Below, piece after piece: positions 8,608 through 17,761 of a stretch of DNA of 64,000 nt. The stretch lies in the NCBI GenBank assembly GCA_020630915.1, contig JAHDIF010000010.1, forward strand, positions 30,210-94,209. Reading direction: 5' to 3'. The stretch's first letter is position 1. The number at the start of each line of letters is the position of its first letter. The translations under genes and the position numbers were made by a program. Under the pieces are notes generated by a model that was given only the letters and a program-made list of their open reading frames with translations, had not been told where the DNA came from and searched no databases. The stretch comes from Dokdonia sp. Its GTDB lineage: Bacteria > Bacteroidota > Bacteroidia > Flavobacteriales > Flavobacteriaceae.

Positions 8608-9108
8608 TTACCCTTCAATATGCGGTATACGCAATACTTGACCAGGATAAATCTTATCTGGATCTGTGAGCATAGGCTTATTTGCCTCAAAAATAATAGG
8701 GTATTTCATGGCATCTCCATACATTGCTTTTGCAATTTTACTTAGGTAATCTCCTTTTTCTACAGTATAAAAGCGAGCTTCTGGCTCAGTATGTTCAACT
8801 TCCATACGATCGTCTACTGCAGCTATACCGGAGGTATTCCCTACGACTAGGCGTATTTTTTCTCGGTTGGATTGATCATAAGCACGTCCAGAAACAGTTG
8901 CTGTATCTCCTTCTATAGCAATATGTAAATCTTCTACCTTTAAGCCTAGATCGTGTATTGTTTCAGACATACTGGCTGCTGCTTTTGCATTTGCCTCTCT
9001 TACCGCTGCACTTGCTGCCGCTGCTGCTTCTGCCGCTTCTTCTTCTTCTGTCTTTCCGATTCCAAAAACTTTGGCACCTGCGTTTTTAATAAATGAAAAT
9101 AATCCCAT
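8608..9108 (-). CDS. lysM: BON-LysM peptidoglycan-binding protein (YgaU/Kbp-like)
   Basis: MGLFSFIKNAG start, BON-like middle, LysM YTVEKGDYLSKIAK...IYPGQVLRIP. Confidence 0.9.
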   Translation of the reverse strand: MGLFSFIKNAGAKVFGIGKTEEEEAAEAAAAASAAVREANAKAAASMSETIHDLGLKVEDLHIAIEGDTATVSGRAYDQSNREKIRLVVGNTSGIAAVDDRMEVEHTEPEARFYTVEKGDYLSKIAKAMYGDAMKYPIIFEANKPMLTDPDKIYPGQVLRIPHIEG

Positions 9109-9175
9109 AATGTGTATTGATTTAAGTTTGTTTTATTCGTTTATCCAATGTACAAAAATCTTGCCATCTAGAAGT

Positions 9176-9189
9176 GTTTTCGCGAAAGC
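9176..9189. repeat. Iterated palindrome, 1-mismatch variant (GTTTTCGCGAAAGC)
   Basis: 13/14 match, intergenic. Confidence 0.75.
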
Positions 9190-9212
9190 TTAAAAATATA
9201 AATTACAATACA

Positions 9213-9250
9213 ATGTTGAGATACCCGCCTTCGCGGGTATGTTTCAACAT
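9213..9250. repeat. REP-like hairpin ATACCCGC-CTTC-GCGGGTAT with outer ATGTTGA/TCAACAT arms
   Basis: Read directly; related to 2736-2761 and 48466-48482. Confidence 0.7.
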
Positions 9251-9355
9251 AATAGTTTTGATTACTCAAAACTAAAGTGTCAAACAAAAGAAACCGCCCA
9301 CACTAATTATTACTAGGTGAGCGGTTTCCAACTAAATAACCAACCAAAAACTTAT

Positions 9356-10321
9356 TTATATTTTTGCGTGCTTTGCCATTTTCTTGGCCTTGAGCGCTTC
9401 TATTTCTTTTTTAATATCTGCCGTTTTCTTACGGATCTTAGGAGTTGTTTTTCCTTTTGCACCCTCAGCAGTTCTATACTGGATATATCCTTTTCCTCTA
9501 AACTGGTAGGTCGTACCAGAACTTACTTGATATAATTCTATGGTCTCGTCATCTATAACGGTAAGCTCAAAGAACTCATTGTCTGGAAAATTATAATCTA
9601 GTGTTAAAGTTTTTAGGTAGAAATCACCTGGTACGTTATCTACATCATAAATCCCGTCATAATCCCAAAATATATTATCAATAGGCGTGCCATTTGTGTC
9701 TTCTGAACTTCTAAAGTTTCCGCTTATTCCAGCAGGGAGGAATTGTAAGAAATTTTCGTAATCAAAAGGATTAATGTTTCCTGCATCACTAGTATATATT
9801 TTTTCCCAAGCCACGAATTCTTGCAAGAAATAATGAATATTCTCATAGAATACAAGATCATAGTCAAAGGTATTTCTTTGGTATCCTACAAGGATGTAAC
9901 TTGCTCCTGTGTTAGGGTGATATAACTCTATCTCATTACCAGATAATGTACGTACGTCAAAACTATACGTGCCATCGAGATCATGTGATACATCTAGCTC
10001 AAAATTTGGGTACGTATCATAAAAACCTACGTCTATACCAAAACCACCTCCATTGCTTCCTATGCCAGAAAGGTTATTGTTTGCAAAGATGTTTCCGTTT
10101 CTAAAAGAGATGGTAAACGCCTTTTGAAGAAAAGGTACCACGGTATTGCCAGATGAGCGGTCAATATCTACATACCAGATTTCATAATCATTTAATACGT
10201 TGTTAAGTGTAACCACAGGGACTACATCTACTACGTCATCTGCTACAATCACCTCTGTATAACAAGAGGTAAGTAGGGTTGCGGCTAGCGCAAATACCGA
10301 AAGGAGTTTCATCGTCTTCAT
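9356..10321 (-). CDS. Conserved hypothetical lipoprotein
   Basis: Start reassigned to MKTMKLLSVFALAATLLTSC (lipobox); the track's upstream extension crosses the palindrome and the gpsA promoter. Confidence 0.75.
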   Translation of the reverse strand: MKTMKLLSVFALAATLLTSCYTEVIVADDVVDVVPVVTLNNVLNDYEIWYVDIDRSSGNTVVPFLQKAFTISFRNGNIFANNNLSGIGSNGGGFGIDVGFYDTYPNFELDVSHDLDGTYSFDVRTLSGNEIELYHPNTGASYILVGYQRNTFDYDLVFYENIHYFLQEFVAWEKIYTSDAGNINPFDYENFLQFLPAGISGNFRSSEDTNGTPIDNIFWDYDGIYDVDNVPGDFYLKTLTLDYNFPDNEFFELTVIDDETIELYQVSSGTTYQFRGKGYIQYRTAEGAKGKTTPKIRKKTADIKKEIEALKAKKMAKHAKI

Positions 10322-10414
10322 AATCGTTCGTTGTTTGATTCGGTTAGTAAATACCAAACGGCGTGCCAAACTATTTAAGTATTTGAAAATCAATAAGTTA
10401 TTTGTTTTTATTAT

Positions 10415-10428
10415 GCTTTCGCGAAAGC
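10415..10428. repeat. Iterated palindrome, intergenic; extends to 22 bp (10411-10432)
   Basis: ttatgctttcgcgaaagcataa. Confidence 0.95.
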
Positions 10429-10470
10429 ATAAAACCCACGATCTTCCTCTTATTATCCCTAAAATTGTAC

Positions 10471-10478
10471 TATTTTTG
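10471..10478 (+). promoter_or_regulatory. Putative -7 element (TAnnTTTG) for gpsA
   Basis: TATTTTTG 25 nt before the ATG. Confidence 0.4.
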
Positions 10479-10503
10479 AGTACCAACGAATGATACAACA
10501 TAT

Positions 10504-11502
10504 ATGTCCCAACCAACATTTGGAGTAATAGGCGGCGGAAGCTGGGCAACAGCCATAGTAAAAATGCTGTGCGAAAATCAATCTAAAATAGGATGGTATC
10601 ACCGTAGCATTTATGCTATCGAACATATCAAGAAAGAACAGCATAATCCTAACTACCTAAGCTCAGTAGAGTTTAAACCAGAACAACTACTACTGAGTAA
10701 TAATATTAACGAAGTAGTTGCCTTTGCAGATATCGTTATTTTTGCAGTCCCGTCAGCCTTTGTGGGTGGTGAACTTGAGCATCTCACAGAGTCTCTGGAG
10801 GGCAAGATTATTTTTTCGGCAATAAAAGGGATTATGCCTGAAAGCGGGAAGTTAGTAGGAGCTCATTTTCACGATGAGTACAACATTCCTTTTGAGGATA
10901 TTGGGGTAGTTTCGGGACCTTGCCATGCAGAAGAAGTAGCACTAGAAAGACTCTCATATTTAACCATCGCCTGTGCAAATGAAACAACGGCACAACTCGT
11001 GGCAGATAACCTTTCTAGTAATTATATAAAGTGTACAACCAGTGATGATATCATTGGGATTGAGTATGCAGCAACACTTAAAAATATTTATGCTATTGCC
11101 GCTGGGATTGCTCACGGCCTTGGGTATGGAGACAACTTCCAGAGTGTGCTTATGAGTAACGCCATACGTGAGATTAAACGATACGTAAAAAAGGCGCATA
11201 AGATGAAACGGGATATTAACGGCTCTGCATATCTTGGAGATCTTCTTGTAACGGGCTATTCTACCTTTTCTCGTAATCGCATGTTTGGAAATATGATAGG
11301 GAAGGGATACACCGTAAAAAGCGCCCAGATGGAGATGAGTATGGTGGCAGAAGGGTACTATGCGGCAAAAAGCGCTTTAGACCTTAACAATACAAGAGAT
11401 AAAAAAGCTCGCATTCCTATTATTGAAGCAGTGCACAGCATTCTTTATAAAGGCAAAGATGCCAAGAAGGTGTTTAAAAAGCTTACGGAGCGGTTAGATT
11501 AA
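10504..11502 (+). CDS. gpsA: NAD(P)H-dependent glycerol-3-phosphate dehydrogenase
   Basis: GGGSWATA, SAIKG, SGPCHAEEV, LKNIYAIAAG, GDLLVT..S.FSRN. Confidence 0.95.
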   Translation: MSQPTFGVIGGGSWATAIVKMLCENQSKIGWYHRSIYAIEHIKKEQHNPNYLSSVEFKPEQLLLSNNINEVVAFADIVIFAVPSAFVGGELEHLTESLEGKIIFSAIKGIMPESGKLVGAHFHDEYNIPFEDIGVVSGPCHAEEVALERLSYLTIACANETTAQLVADNLSSNYIKCTTSDDIIGIEYAATLKNIYAIAAGIAHGLGYGDNFQSVLMSNAIREIKRYVKKAHKMKRDINGSAYLGDLLVTGYSTFSRNRMFGNMIGKGYTVKSAQMEMSMVAEGYYAAKSALDLNNTRDKKARIPIIEAVHSILYKGKDAKKVFKKLTERLD

Positions 11503-12698
11503 AAAAGGGTATACCCCATCCCTAAAGAAATAGAGTCGTATACGTTGGTTCTTCCGCTATTAAAAAGGGTTCTTCCCGATTGAATATTGAGATACACGTG
11601 TAATTTCGAATAATTATAGCCTATGCCAGCGGCAAAATTAGATAGAGATGCGGCTTCCTCATTTGAGTTATTAAAGTTGAGCCGTATGTTTAATGGATAT
11701 ACCATATAAGCACTAAGATGTATTTTATGTTCATCACTTAAGAATATGTAATGACGTCCACCAAAACTAAATTCGATTGCTTTATAGTCAATTGTAGCCG
11801 TTTGAATGAGGTTGATTCCATTTGATGGAATAAATTCGTCGGAGTATTGGAAATAAGTAGATTTTGCTAATAAACTCCATTTCTTTTTATTAAACCCAAG
11901 AAAATATTCTGCATCTAAAGAGATCTCAAAAGAGTTGTTGTTGTCAGATTTAATGATGGAGGAGCCACTACTATTTTCAAATTGAAAATTATTCCACCGC
12001 AATCCAGATATCAAAGTAAGATGAAACGGATTTTTTGGTAATTCTTCTAGGTCTTCTGCCTCGGTTATATTGCTAGTAAGACCGCTACATCGGTTGTAAT
12101 TAAAAAAAAATTCAATTAAGTGGTCAGATGTGTATTTTGTTTTAGATATTATTTTATCTGTGATTGATTCACAATCAAAATTATCCTTTAGTTGTTGTTT
12201 ATATCGTTCATTCACTCCAACTTTACTTTGAGCAACGTTATAGTATCTCTTATAAATTAATTGTACGGGTTTATTTTGATCAAATTCATAAAAAAACAGT
12301 CTCTTTTGACCACTTACATAGCTAAAGAGTCTAACACCATCTCCCTCAATTAATTGTTTAAGAAATATAGTTTCTTCTCCTAGTTCGGCGTTTCGAGAAT
12401 TTGCGATACCTGAAATATCTAATTTAGATTGATCTATAAAAACCTTTTTTCTTACATAACTAGGGCCATTGGAAATTTCAAATCCAGCTAGGTTAAGTAG
12501 TGAGCCCTCAAGTATCTCAGAATTATCAGTAAATTTATATTTAATACTTTTTGGATTTTCTAGCCAATCATAATTTTTAATTAAACACTCAACCTTCTCC
12601 CCATCATTTCTGATAATGGCACCAGGTTCAAATTTTATTTGAGAAAAACAAAAATCGTGAAGACCAAAAATAAGTAAGAGAAGGAGTATTTTTTTCAT
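11499..12698 (-). CDS. Hypothetical outer-membrane protein (C-terminal beta-barrel-like, terminal Phe)
   Basis: Signal peptide, alternating beta-strand pattern, ends GMGYTLF; visibly AT-rich. Confidence 0.65.
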   Translation of the reverse strand: MKKILLLLLIFGLHDFCFSQIKFEPGAIIRNDGEKVECLIKNYDWLENPKSIKYKFTDNSEILEGSLLNLAGFEISNGPSYVRKKVFIDQSKLDISGIANSRNAELGEETIFLKQLIEGDGVRLFSYVSGQKRLFFYEFDQNKPVQLIYKRYYNVAQSKVGVNERYKQQLKDNFDCESITDKIISKTKYTSDHLIEFFFNYNRCSGLTSNITEAEDLEELPKNPFHLTLISGLRWNNFQFENSSGSSIIKSDNNNSFEISLDAEYFLGFNKKKWSLLAKSTYFQYSDEFIPSNGINLIQTATIDYKAIEFSFGGRHYIFLSDEHKIHLSAYMVYPLNIRLNFNNSNEEAASLSNFAAGIGYNYSKLHVYLNIQSGRTLFNSGRTNVYDSISLGMGYTLF

Positions 12699-12716
12699 TT
12701 TTAATGAATCGATCGT

Positions 12717-13112
12717 TTAACGTGCTAATATGCCCTTTTTTGCCATCACTGCCAAATCTACCGCATTATCACTTACAATACTATTTGCAGGAAACTCCCA
12801 GCGCCTTTCGTACATTTTGTTGTTAAGAAAATAGGTAACAGAAAAGAAGTTATTGAGTTTGAGAACACTGTCTTCCATAAACTCAATTTTTGCATATCCT
12901 TTTGCAGGTAGAACATCTATTTTATGACGCATATGGGTTGTTCTATCCTCGCTATCATAACCCTGCACGATTATAAGTACCATTTCTAAGGGTTCTTTTC
13001 CGTCATTAATGATGTAGGCATTCCAGTCTGTCGTGTTATACTTTTCATTAAACTCATGCACGGCAGCAATATATATATCTTTTACCTCTGGAATATCAAT
13101 GTCTTTGCGCAT
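12717..13112 (-). CDS. Conserved hypothetical protein
   Basis: 131 aa ATG ORF (MRKDIDIPEV...) co-oriented downstream of pheS. Confidence 0.75.
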   Translation of the reverse strand: MRKDIDIPEVKDIYIAAVHEFNEKYNTTDWNAYIINDGKEPLEMVLIIVQGYDSEDRTTHMRHKIDVLPAKGYAKIEFMEDSVLKLNNFFSVTYFLNNKMYERRWEFPANSIVSDNAVDLAVMAKKGILAR

Positions 13113-13118
13113 ATTGTT

Positions 13119-13192
13119 TGTCTGGTCGAGCGCAGTCGAGACCTAAAGATTAGGAATAATTCATAAACCTCTCGACTGCGCTCGAGGGGACA
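13119..13192. repeat. Inverted REP-like doublet (TCGAGCGCAGTCGAGA / TCTCGACTGCGCTCGA, 28-nt spacer)
   Basis: Perfect 16-bp inverted repeat at 13126-13141 and 13170-13185, plus outer tgtc/gaca. Confidence 0.85.
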
Positions 13193-13200
13193 GTTGCTTA

Positions 13201-14217
13201 TTAAAATGCACTTTTAAACTGCTCTAGAAAGCGTAAGTCGTTTTCACTTAGCATTCTAATATCTGGAATTTGGTGTAGTAGTAATGCAATACGGTCGATA
13301 CCCATCCCAAAGGCAAAACCACTGTACTCTTTACTATCAATACCACAGTTTTCAAGCACGTTAGGATCTACCATACCACAACCCATAATTTCTAGCCAGC
13401 CTGTGCCTTTCGTCATACGATAGTCTGTCTCAGTTTCTAAGCCCCAATATACGTCTACCTCTGCACTAGGCTCAGTAAATGGAAAGTAGGACGGGCGCAA
13501 GCGTATCTTACTTTTCCCAAACATTTCTGTTGTGAAGTATTGAAGGGTTTGCTTTAAGTCTGCAAAACTTACGTCTTTGTCTATATACAATCCTTCCACT
13601 TGGTGAAAGAAACAATGTGATCTACCACTTATCGCCTCGTTGCGGTATACCCGCCCTGGTGAAATGGTACGTATGGGCGGTTTGTTATTTTCCATATAAC
13701 GTACCTGCACAGATGAGGTGTGTGTTCTTAAAAGAACATCTGGGTCTGTTTGTATAAAGAAGGTATCCTGCATATCTCGCGCAGGGTGATATTCTGGTAA
13801 GTTAAGTGCCGTAAAGTTGTGCCAGTCGTCTTCTATTTCTGGTCCTTCGGATACGTTGAAACCTATTCTAGAGAAAATATCTATAATCTGATTTTTTACA
13901 ATAGAAATTGGGTGACGAGCACCTATTTCTATAGGGTCTCCAGGTCTGGTAAGATCGCCATACTCTCCTGCATCATCCGTATCTTCTAATGTCTCCTTGA
14001 GTAAAGTTACTTTTTCGAGTGCTGCTGTTTTGAGTTTATTTACAACCTGACCGTATTCCTTTTTAAGCTCGTTAGGCACATTGCGAAACTCTGCCATGAA
14101 ATCATTTACAATCCCTTTTTTACCTGAGTATTGGATTCTAAAAGCTTCTACTTCTTCAAGTGTACTGGCTTTAAAGGCTTCTACTTTTGCAATGTGTTCT
14201 TTGATTTTATCTAGCAT
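13201..14217 (-). CDS. pheS: Phenylalanine--tRNA ligase alpha subunit
   Basis: HPARDMQDTF, LRTHTS, FHQVEG, YFPFTEPSAE, GFAFGMGIDR. Confidence 0.98.
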   Translation of the reverse strand: MLDKIKEHIAKVEAFKASTLEEVEAFRIQYSGKKGIVNDFMAEFRNVPNELKKEYGQVVNKLKTAALEKVTLLKETLEDTDDAGEYGDLTRPGDPIEIGARHPISIVKNQIIDIFSRIGFNVSEGPEIEDDWHNFTALNLPEYHPARDMQDTFFIQTDPDVLLRTHTSSVQVRYMENNKPPIRTISPGRVYRNEAISGRSHCFFHQVEGLYIDKDVSFADLKQTLQYFTTEMFGKSKIRLRPSYFPFTEPSAEVDVYWGLETETDYRMTKGTGWLEIMGCGMVDPNVLENCGIDSKEYSGFAFGMGIDRIALLLHQIPDIRMLSENDLRFLEQFKSAF

Positions 14218-14249
14218 AGTGGTCTTCTTGTAATCCTAAAAATAGGAGG

Positions 14250-14257
14250 CAAATTTA
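14250..14257 (-). promoter_or_regulatory. Putative -7 element (TAAATTTG) for pheS
   Basis: Matches TAnnTTTG about 30 nt upstream of the start. Confidence 0.45.
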
Positions 14258-14298
14258 ATAAAAAACAAGGATTTATAGGTGTATATGCAGAGTATTAC

Positions 14299-14312
14299 GC
14301 TTTCGCGAAAGC
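14299..14312. repeat. Iterated palindrome, intergenic
   Basis: Exact match. Confidence 0.95.
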
Positions 14313-14318
14313 ATACTA

Positions 14319-14675
14319 CTACGCAATCAATTCTTTTTCTATAAAATATTGTACAATAGCATCCTTCATAAGGATTTGTTGTTCTCCTGCCTTTAAAGCA
14401 GGGAGCGGTTCTAGCATTTTATAATGGGGCCAGCCATCAGGGTCTTCAAAATCGAATTGATAATACCCAAAAGGCTCCAATAATCGGCATATTGCAATAT
14501 GCATTAAATTTACTTTATCATCTTTTTTGAAGGGTCTATTGAGCTGTCCTAATTCTTGTAGTCCTATAAGGTAAATAATACTATCAAGATCTAGGGTGTC
14601 GCCCTCCGCAAAGCGTTCTGATAGTTTTGCAACTACTGCTTCCCATCGTTCTTTAAGTTGTTCATCCCTTGCCAT
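14319..14675 (-). CDS. Conserved hypothetical protein
   Basis: Start reassigned to MARDEQLKERW at 14675, preceded by TATCTTTGTCCT. Confidence 0.75.
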   Translation of the reverse strand: MARDEQLKERWEAVVAKLSERFAEGDTLDLDSIIYLIGLQELGQLNRPFKKDDKVNLMHIAICRLLEPFGYYQFDFEDPDGWPHYKMLEPLPALKAGEQQILMKDAIVQYFIEKELIA

Positions 14676-14679
14676 AGGA

Positions 14680-14687
14680 CAAAGATA
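14680..14687 (-). promoter_or_regulatory. -7 element TATCTTTG 4 nt before the ATG at 14675
   Basis: Identical 15-mer to the yicC start region. Confidence 0.6.
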
Positions 14688-14793
14688 CCTCCTTTTTAAG
14701 GGATTAGGGTAGTAAGGGAGTAGTTGAATAGTTGAACCATTGAAAGAAATTAATAAAATAGAGGTAAAGATTTTATTTGTCTTGTCTAGTAAT

Positions 14794-14853
14794 TTCAAGT
14801 TCAAGTAGAAGTTCGATTTTGATTTCTATTTCTATTTCGATTTCGATTTCAAA
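14794..14853. repeat. Degenerate hexamer tandem array (10 units: TTCAAG/TTCGAT/TTCTAT)
   Basis: 6-nt periodicity read directly. Confidence 0.75.
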
Positions 14854-14870
14854 AATGTATATTTAGCGCT

Positions 14871-15398
14871 ATGAATACAATAGATATCGTTTTTGGAATC
14901 ATCCTAGTTTTAGGATTAATACAAGGCTTTAAGAAAGGGCTTTTTGTTGAACTTGCATCATTAGTGGGACTCATAGCTGCTATCTATGGAGCCATTCACT
15001 TTTCACACTTCGCGGCAGATTGGTTGGTAGAGCGTACTTCTTGGACAGAAAGAGTAATTAATCTAGCAGCCTTTGCCATTACATTCGTTCTAATCGTTCT
15101 TATTGTTTCACTTGCGGGGAAACTATTAACGAAGATTGCAGATTTTGCAATGTTAGGGATTATCAATAAAATAGCGGGTGCCGCTTTTGCACTAGTTAAA
15201 TATGCTTTTTTATTGAGTGTGGTAATTATGTTTTTAAATGAGGCAAACGAGCGCATAGGATTTGTAAGCGAGGAGGCTATGGAAGAATCTGTACTCTTTT
15301 CTCCTGTAAAATCTATAGCGCCTGCGTTACTCCCGGCGATATTGGCCAAAGCTGAAAAAGAGAATATCTACAATCCAGATAAAGAGGAGGAGAATTAA
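14871..15398 (+). CDS. cvpA: CvpA (colicin V production) family membrane protein
   Basis: MNTIDIV...GFKKGLFVEL, four TM helices, INKIAGAAF. Confidence 0.88.
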   Translation: MNTIDIVFGIILVLGLIQGFKKGLFVELASLVGLIAAIYGAIHFSHFAADWLVERTSWTERVINLAAFAITFVLIVLIVSLAGKLLTKIADFAMLGIINKIAGAAFALVKYAFLLSVVIMFLNEANERIGFVSEEAMEESVLFSPVKSIAPALLPAILAKAEKENIYNPDKEEEN

Positions 15399-15405
15399 AA
15401 AGAAA

Positions 15406-15437
15406 AAAGGCGTTTCATATTAAAATAAAACGCCTTT
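15406..15437. terminator. Probable terminator between convergent genes
   Basis: aaaggcgttt / aaacgccttt stem. Confidence 0.6.
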
Positions 15438-15456
15438 GTGTAATTATAAATAAGTA

Positions 15457-16083
15457 TTACATAAAAGTAACACTTCCGTCTGCTACATTGTAAACGGCTC
15501 CTACAATTTGAATTTCACCATTATCTTCCATTTCTTTAAGAACTGCAGAGTGTGAGTGAATGTTTCCTATAGTAAGCTCCACATTTTTATGTACTACGTC
15601 ATTTACAAATGTCTTATTTGCACTGGTACGTTGTGAAGGATCAGACGGCTCTGTTACGGCAGCTACAGAAGGACGTATTTTTGCTAGTAAGGGTGTAATG
15701 TTACCTAGCATCACATCATCGCAAGCTCCTTTTACAGCACCGCATCCTGTGTGCCCTAAAACGACTACAAGTTTTGAACCAGCTACTTTACAGCCGTACT
15801 CGATACTCCCGAGCAGGTCTTCATTTACAATATTTCCGGCCACACGAGCAGAAAATATGTCACCTATTCCTTGATCAAAAACTATCTCTGCAGGGACTCT
15901 AGAATCGATACAACTTAACACCACGGCAAATGGATATTGACCAGATTGTGTGTCTTTTACTTGCTCTAGTAAATCTCTATTAACAGGACTCGTATTTAAA
16001 AATCTCTGATTTCCGTCCTTAAGTGCTTGAAGCGCACTTTGTGGAGTCATAGCTCCTTGTGTTTCTTTAGTATGTGCTTTCAT
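15457..16083 (-). CDS. Beta-class carbonic anhydrase
   Basis: LSCIDSRVP, RVAGN and LGHTGCGAV zinc ligands. Confidence 0.95.
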   Translation of the reverse strand: MKAHTKETQGAMTPQSALQALKDGNQRFLNTSPVNRDLLEQVKDTQSGQYPFAVVLSCIDSRVPAEIVFDQGIGDIFSARVAGNIVNEDLLGSIEYGCKVAGSKLVVVLGHTGCGAVKGACDDVMLGNITPLLAKIRPSVAAVTEPSDPSQRTSANKTFVNDVVHKNVELTIGNIHSHSAVLKEMEDNGEIQIVGAVYNVADGSVTFM

Positions 16084-16095
16084 ATTTTTAAAGTA

Positions 16096-17670
16096 TTATG
16101 TAGTAGGTTTTCTAAGCTTGAAGAATTCGATATAACTCGGAGGATTCTCTACAGTACCTCTCTCCGAGACTAGTTTGATGTCTATGTTGCGTTGTTTTGC
16201 TTTAAAGGCGAAGTCCTCTAGAATTTCTATAATATCTGGATCAAGATAGCGTGTTTTACGCACGTCCAATTCTAGATACGAATTTTCTGGCAGGGCATCT
16301 AATTCCTTTAAAATGGCTCCTTTATTGAAAAAAGTTACTTCTTCTGCAAGCGTCATTTTCACCTTTCCATCGGTAGGGTCTTCATTTTCTAAGTGTAAGA
16401 AGTGTGAATTTTTGTAGCTTTTATAAAGAACAATAATTATACCCACGATAAGTCCGAGAGCAAGCCCTTTCAATAAGTCTAATGCTACAATTCCTACTAC
16501 CGTTACTATAAAAGGAACAAACTGTGTCCAACCACCATCATACATAGCTTTAAAAGTAGAAGGCTTTGCTAGTTTAAATCCTACTATAAAAAGAACTGCT
16601 GCTAGAACAGATAAAGGTATTTTTTGTAATAAAAATGGAATAGCAGCTACAGAAGCTATTAGTAAAAATCCGTGTATAATGGCAGAAGATTTTGTCTTAC
16701 CGCCAGACTGAATATTTGCAGAAGATCGCACGATTACTTGTGTGATAGGAAGCCCCCCTATAAAACCAGAAAGAATATTTCCAGCTCCTTGGGCTAATAA
16801 CTCTCTATTGGTAGGAGTTACTCGTTTATCTGGATCTAATTTATCAGTCGCTTCTACACAAAGTAAGGTTTCTAAACTAGCAACAAGTGCTATGGTAAAA
16901 GCTGTAATTAAAACGGGCGTAGTAAATGCCTGACTCCAATCTGGAGTAACAAACTGTGTTAATAAACCATCAGTATTCCTGTCTTCACTTAGAGAAACTA
17001 GGTGCTCTTCTGATATTCCAAAGTCTGTTCCTATGGTAAACATATAGTATAAAATTCCAACAACAACTACCACAAGTGGTCCTTGTACAAGTTGAAAAAT
17101 CTTAGCTTTTTTAGCCAAAACATTACTCCAAAATATTAATATGAATAATGAAATAACACCTATTAATGTTGGCCCTAAACTAGGATCTCCTATGGCATTT
17201 AAAATTTCTGAAAATGTATTTTCTCCATCTACTTGAAAAAACGCAAAGTCTCCTTCTGGGTCGTTATCATCTCCAAGAAAGTGTGGGATCTGTTTTAGGA
17301 TAATAATGATTCCTATACCCGTAAGCATCCCTCGTATTACAGAGCTAGGAAAATAGTAACCTATAATCCCTAAACGGGCGATACCAAAAATTACTTGGAT
17401 AACGCCCCCTAATACAACAGCCGAAAGGAATACCTTAAATCCTAATTGGTCTATGGCTACTAATACAATTGCGGCCAATCCAGCGGCGGGACCACTCACT
17501 CCTATTTGAGACCCACTTAAGGCTCCTACAACAATACCACCTACAATACCGGCAATTAAACCAGAAAATAGCGGCGCACCACTAGCTAATGCAATACCCA
17601 AACAAAGGGGAAGTGCAACAAAAAACACGACGATACTAGCGGGTAAGTCGTTTTTTAAATATTTAAACAT
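16096..17670 (-). CDS. sulP: SulP family inorganic anion (likely bicarbonate) transporter
   Basis: ALPLCLGIALASGAP, GVSGPAAGL, NRELLAQGAGN, short STAS-like tail. Confidence 0.93.
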   Translation of the reverse strand: MFKYLKNDLPASIVVFFVALPLCLGIALASGAPLFSGLIAGIVGGIVVGALSGSQIGVSGPAAGLAAIVLVAIDQLGFKVFLSAVVLGGVIQVIFGIARLGIIGYYFPSSVIRGMLTGIGIIIILKQIPHFLGDDNDPEGDFAFFQVDGENTFSEILNAIGDPSLGPTLIGVISLFILIFWSNVLAKKAKIFQLVQGPLVVVVVGILYYMFTIGTDFGISEEHLVSLSEDRNTDGLLTQFVTPDWSQAFTTPVLITAFTIALVASLETLLCVEATDKLDPDKRVTPTNRELLAQGAGNILSGFIGGLPITQVIVRSSANIQSGGKTKSSAIIHGFLLIASVAAIPFLLQKIPLSVLAAVLFIVGFKLAKPSTFKAMYDGGWTQFVPFIVTVVGIVALDLLKGLALGLIVGIIIVLYKSYKNSHFLHLENEDPTDGKVKMTLAEEVTFFNKGAILKELDALPENSYLELDVRKTRYLDPDIIEILEDFAFKAKQRNIDIKLVSERGTVENPPSYIEFFKLRKPTT

Positions 17671-17761
17671 AATAAGAATATATAATCTCTATTTTCAACA
17701 ATAGAGAGATGATTAAGTAATTTGAGTTTTTATGTGCGCGAGCACCAATATCTAAAGAGAA

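Noticed and set aside
10322-10549. Track's long N-terminal extensions (also at 14804, 27301, 42953, 44368, 55109, 56292, 62242)
   Set aside because: They run through promoters, repeats or neighbouring genes and precede clear signal peptides or family-typical starts; starts were reassigned
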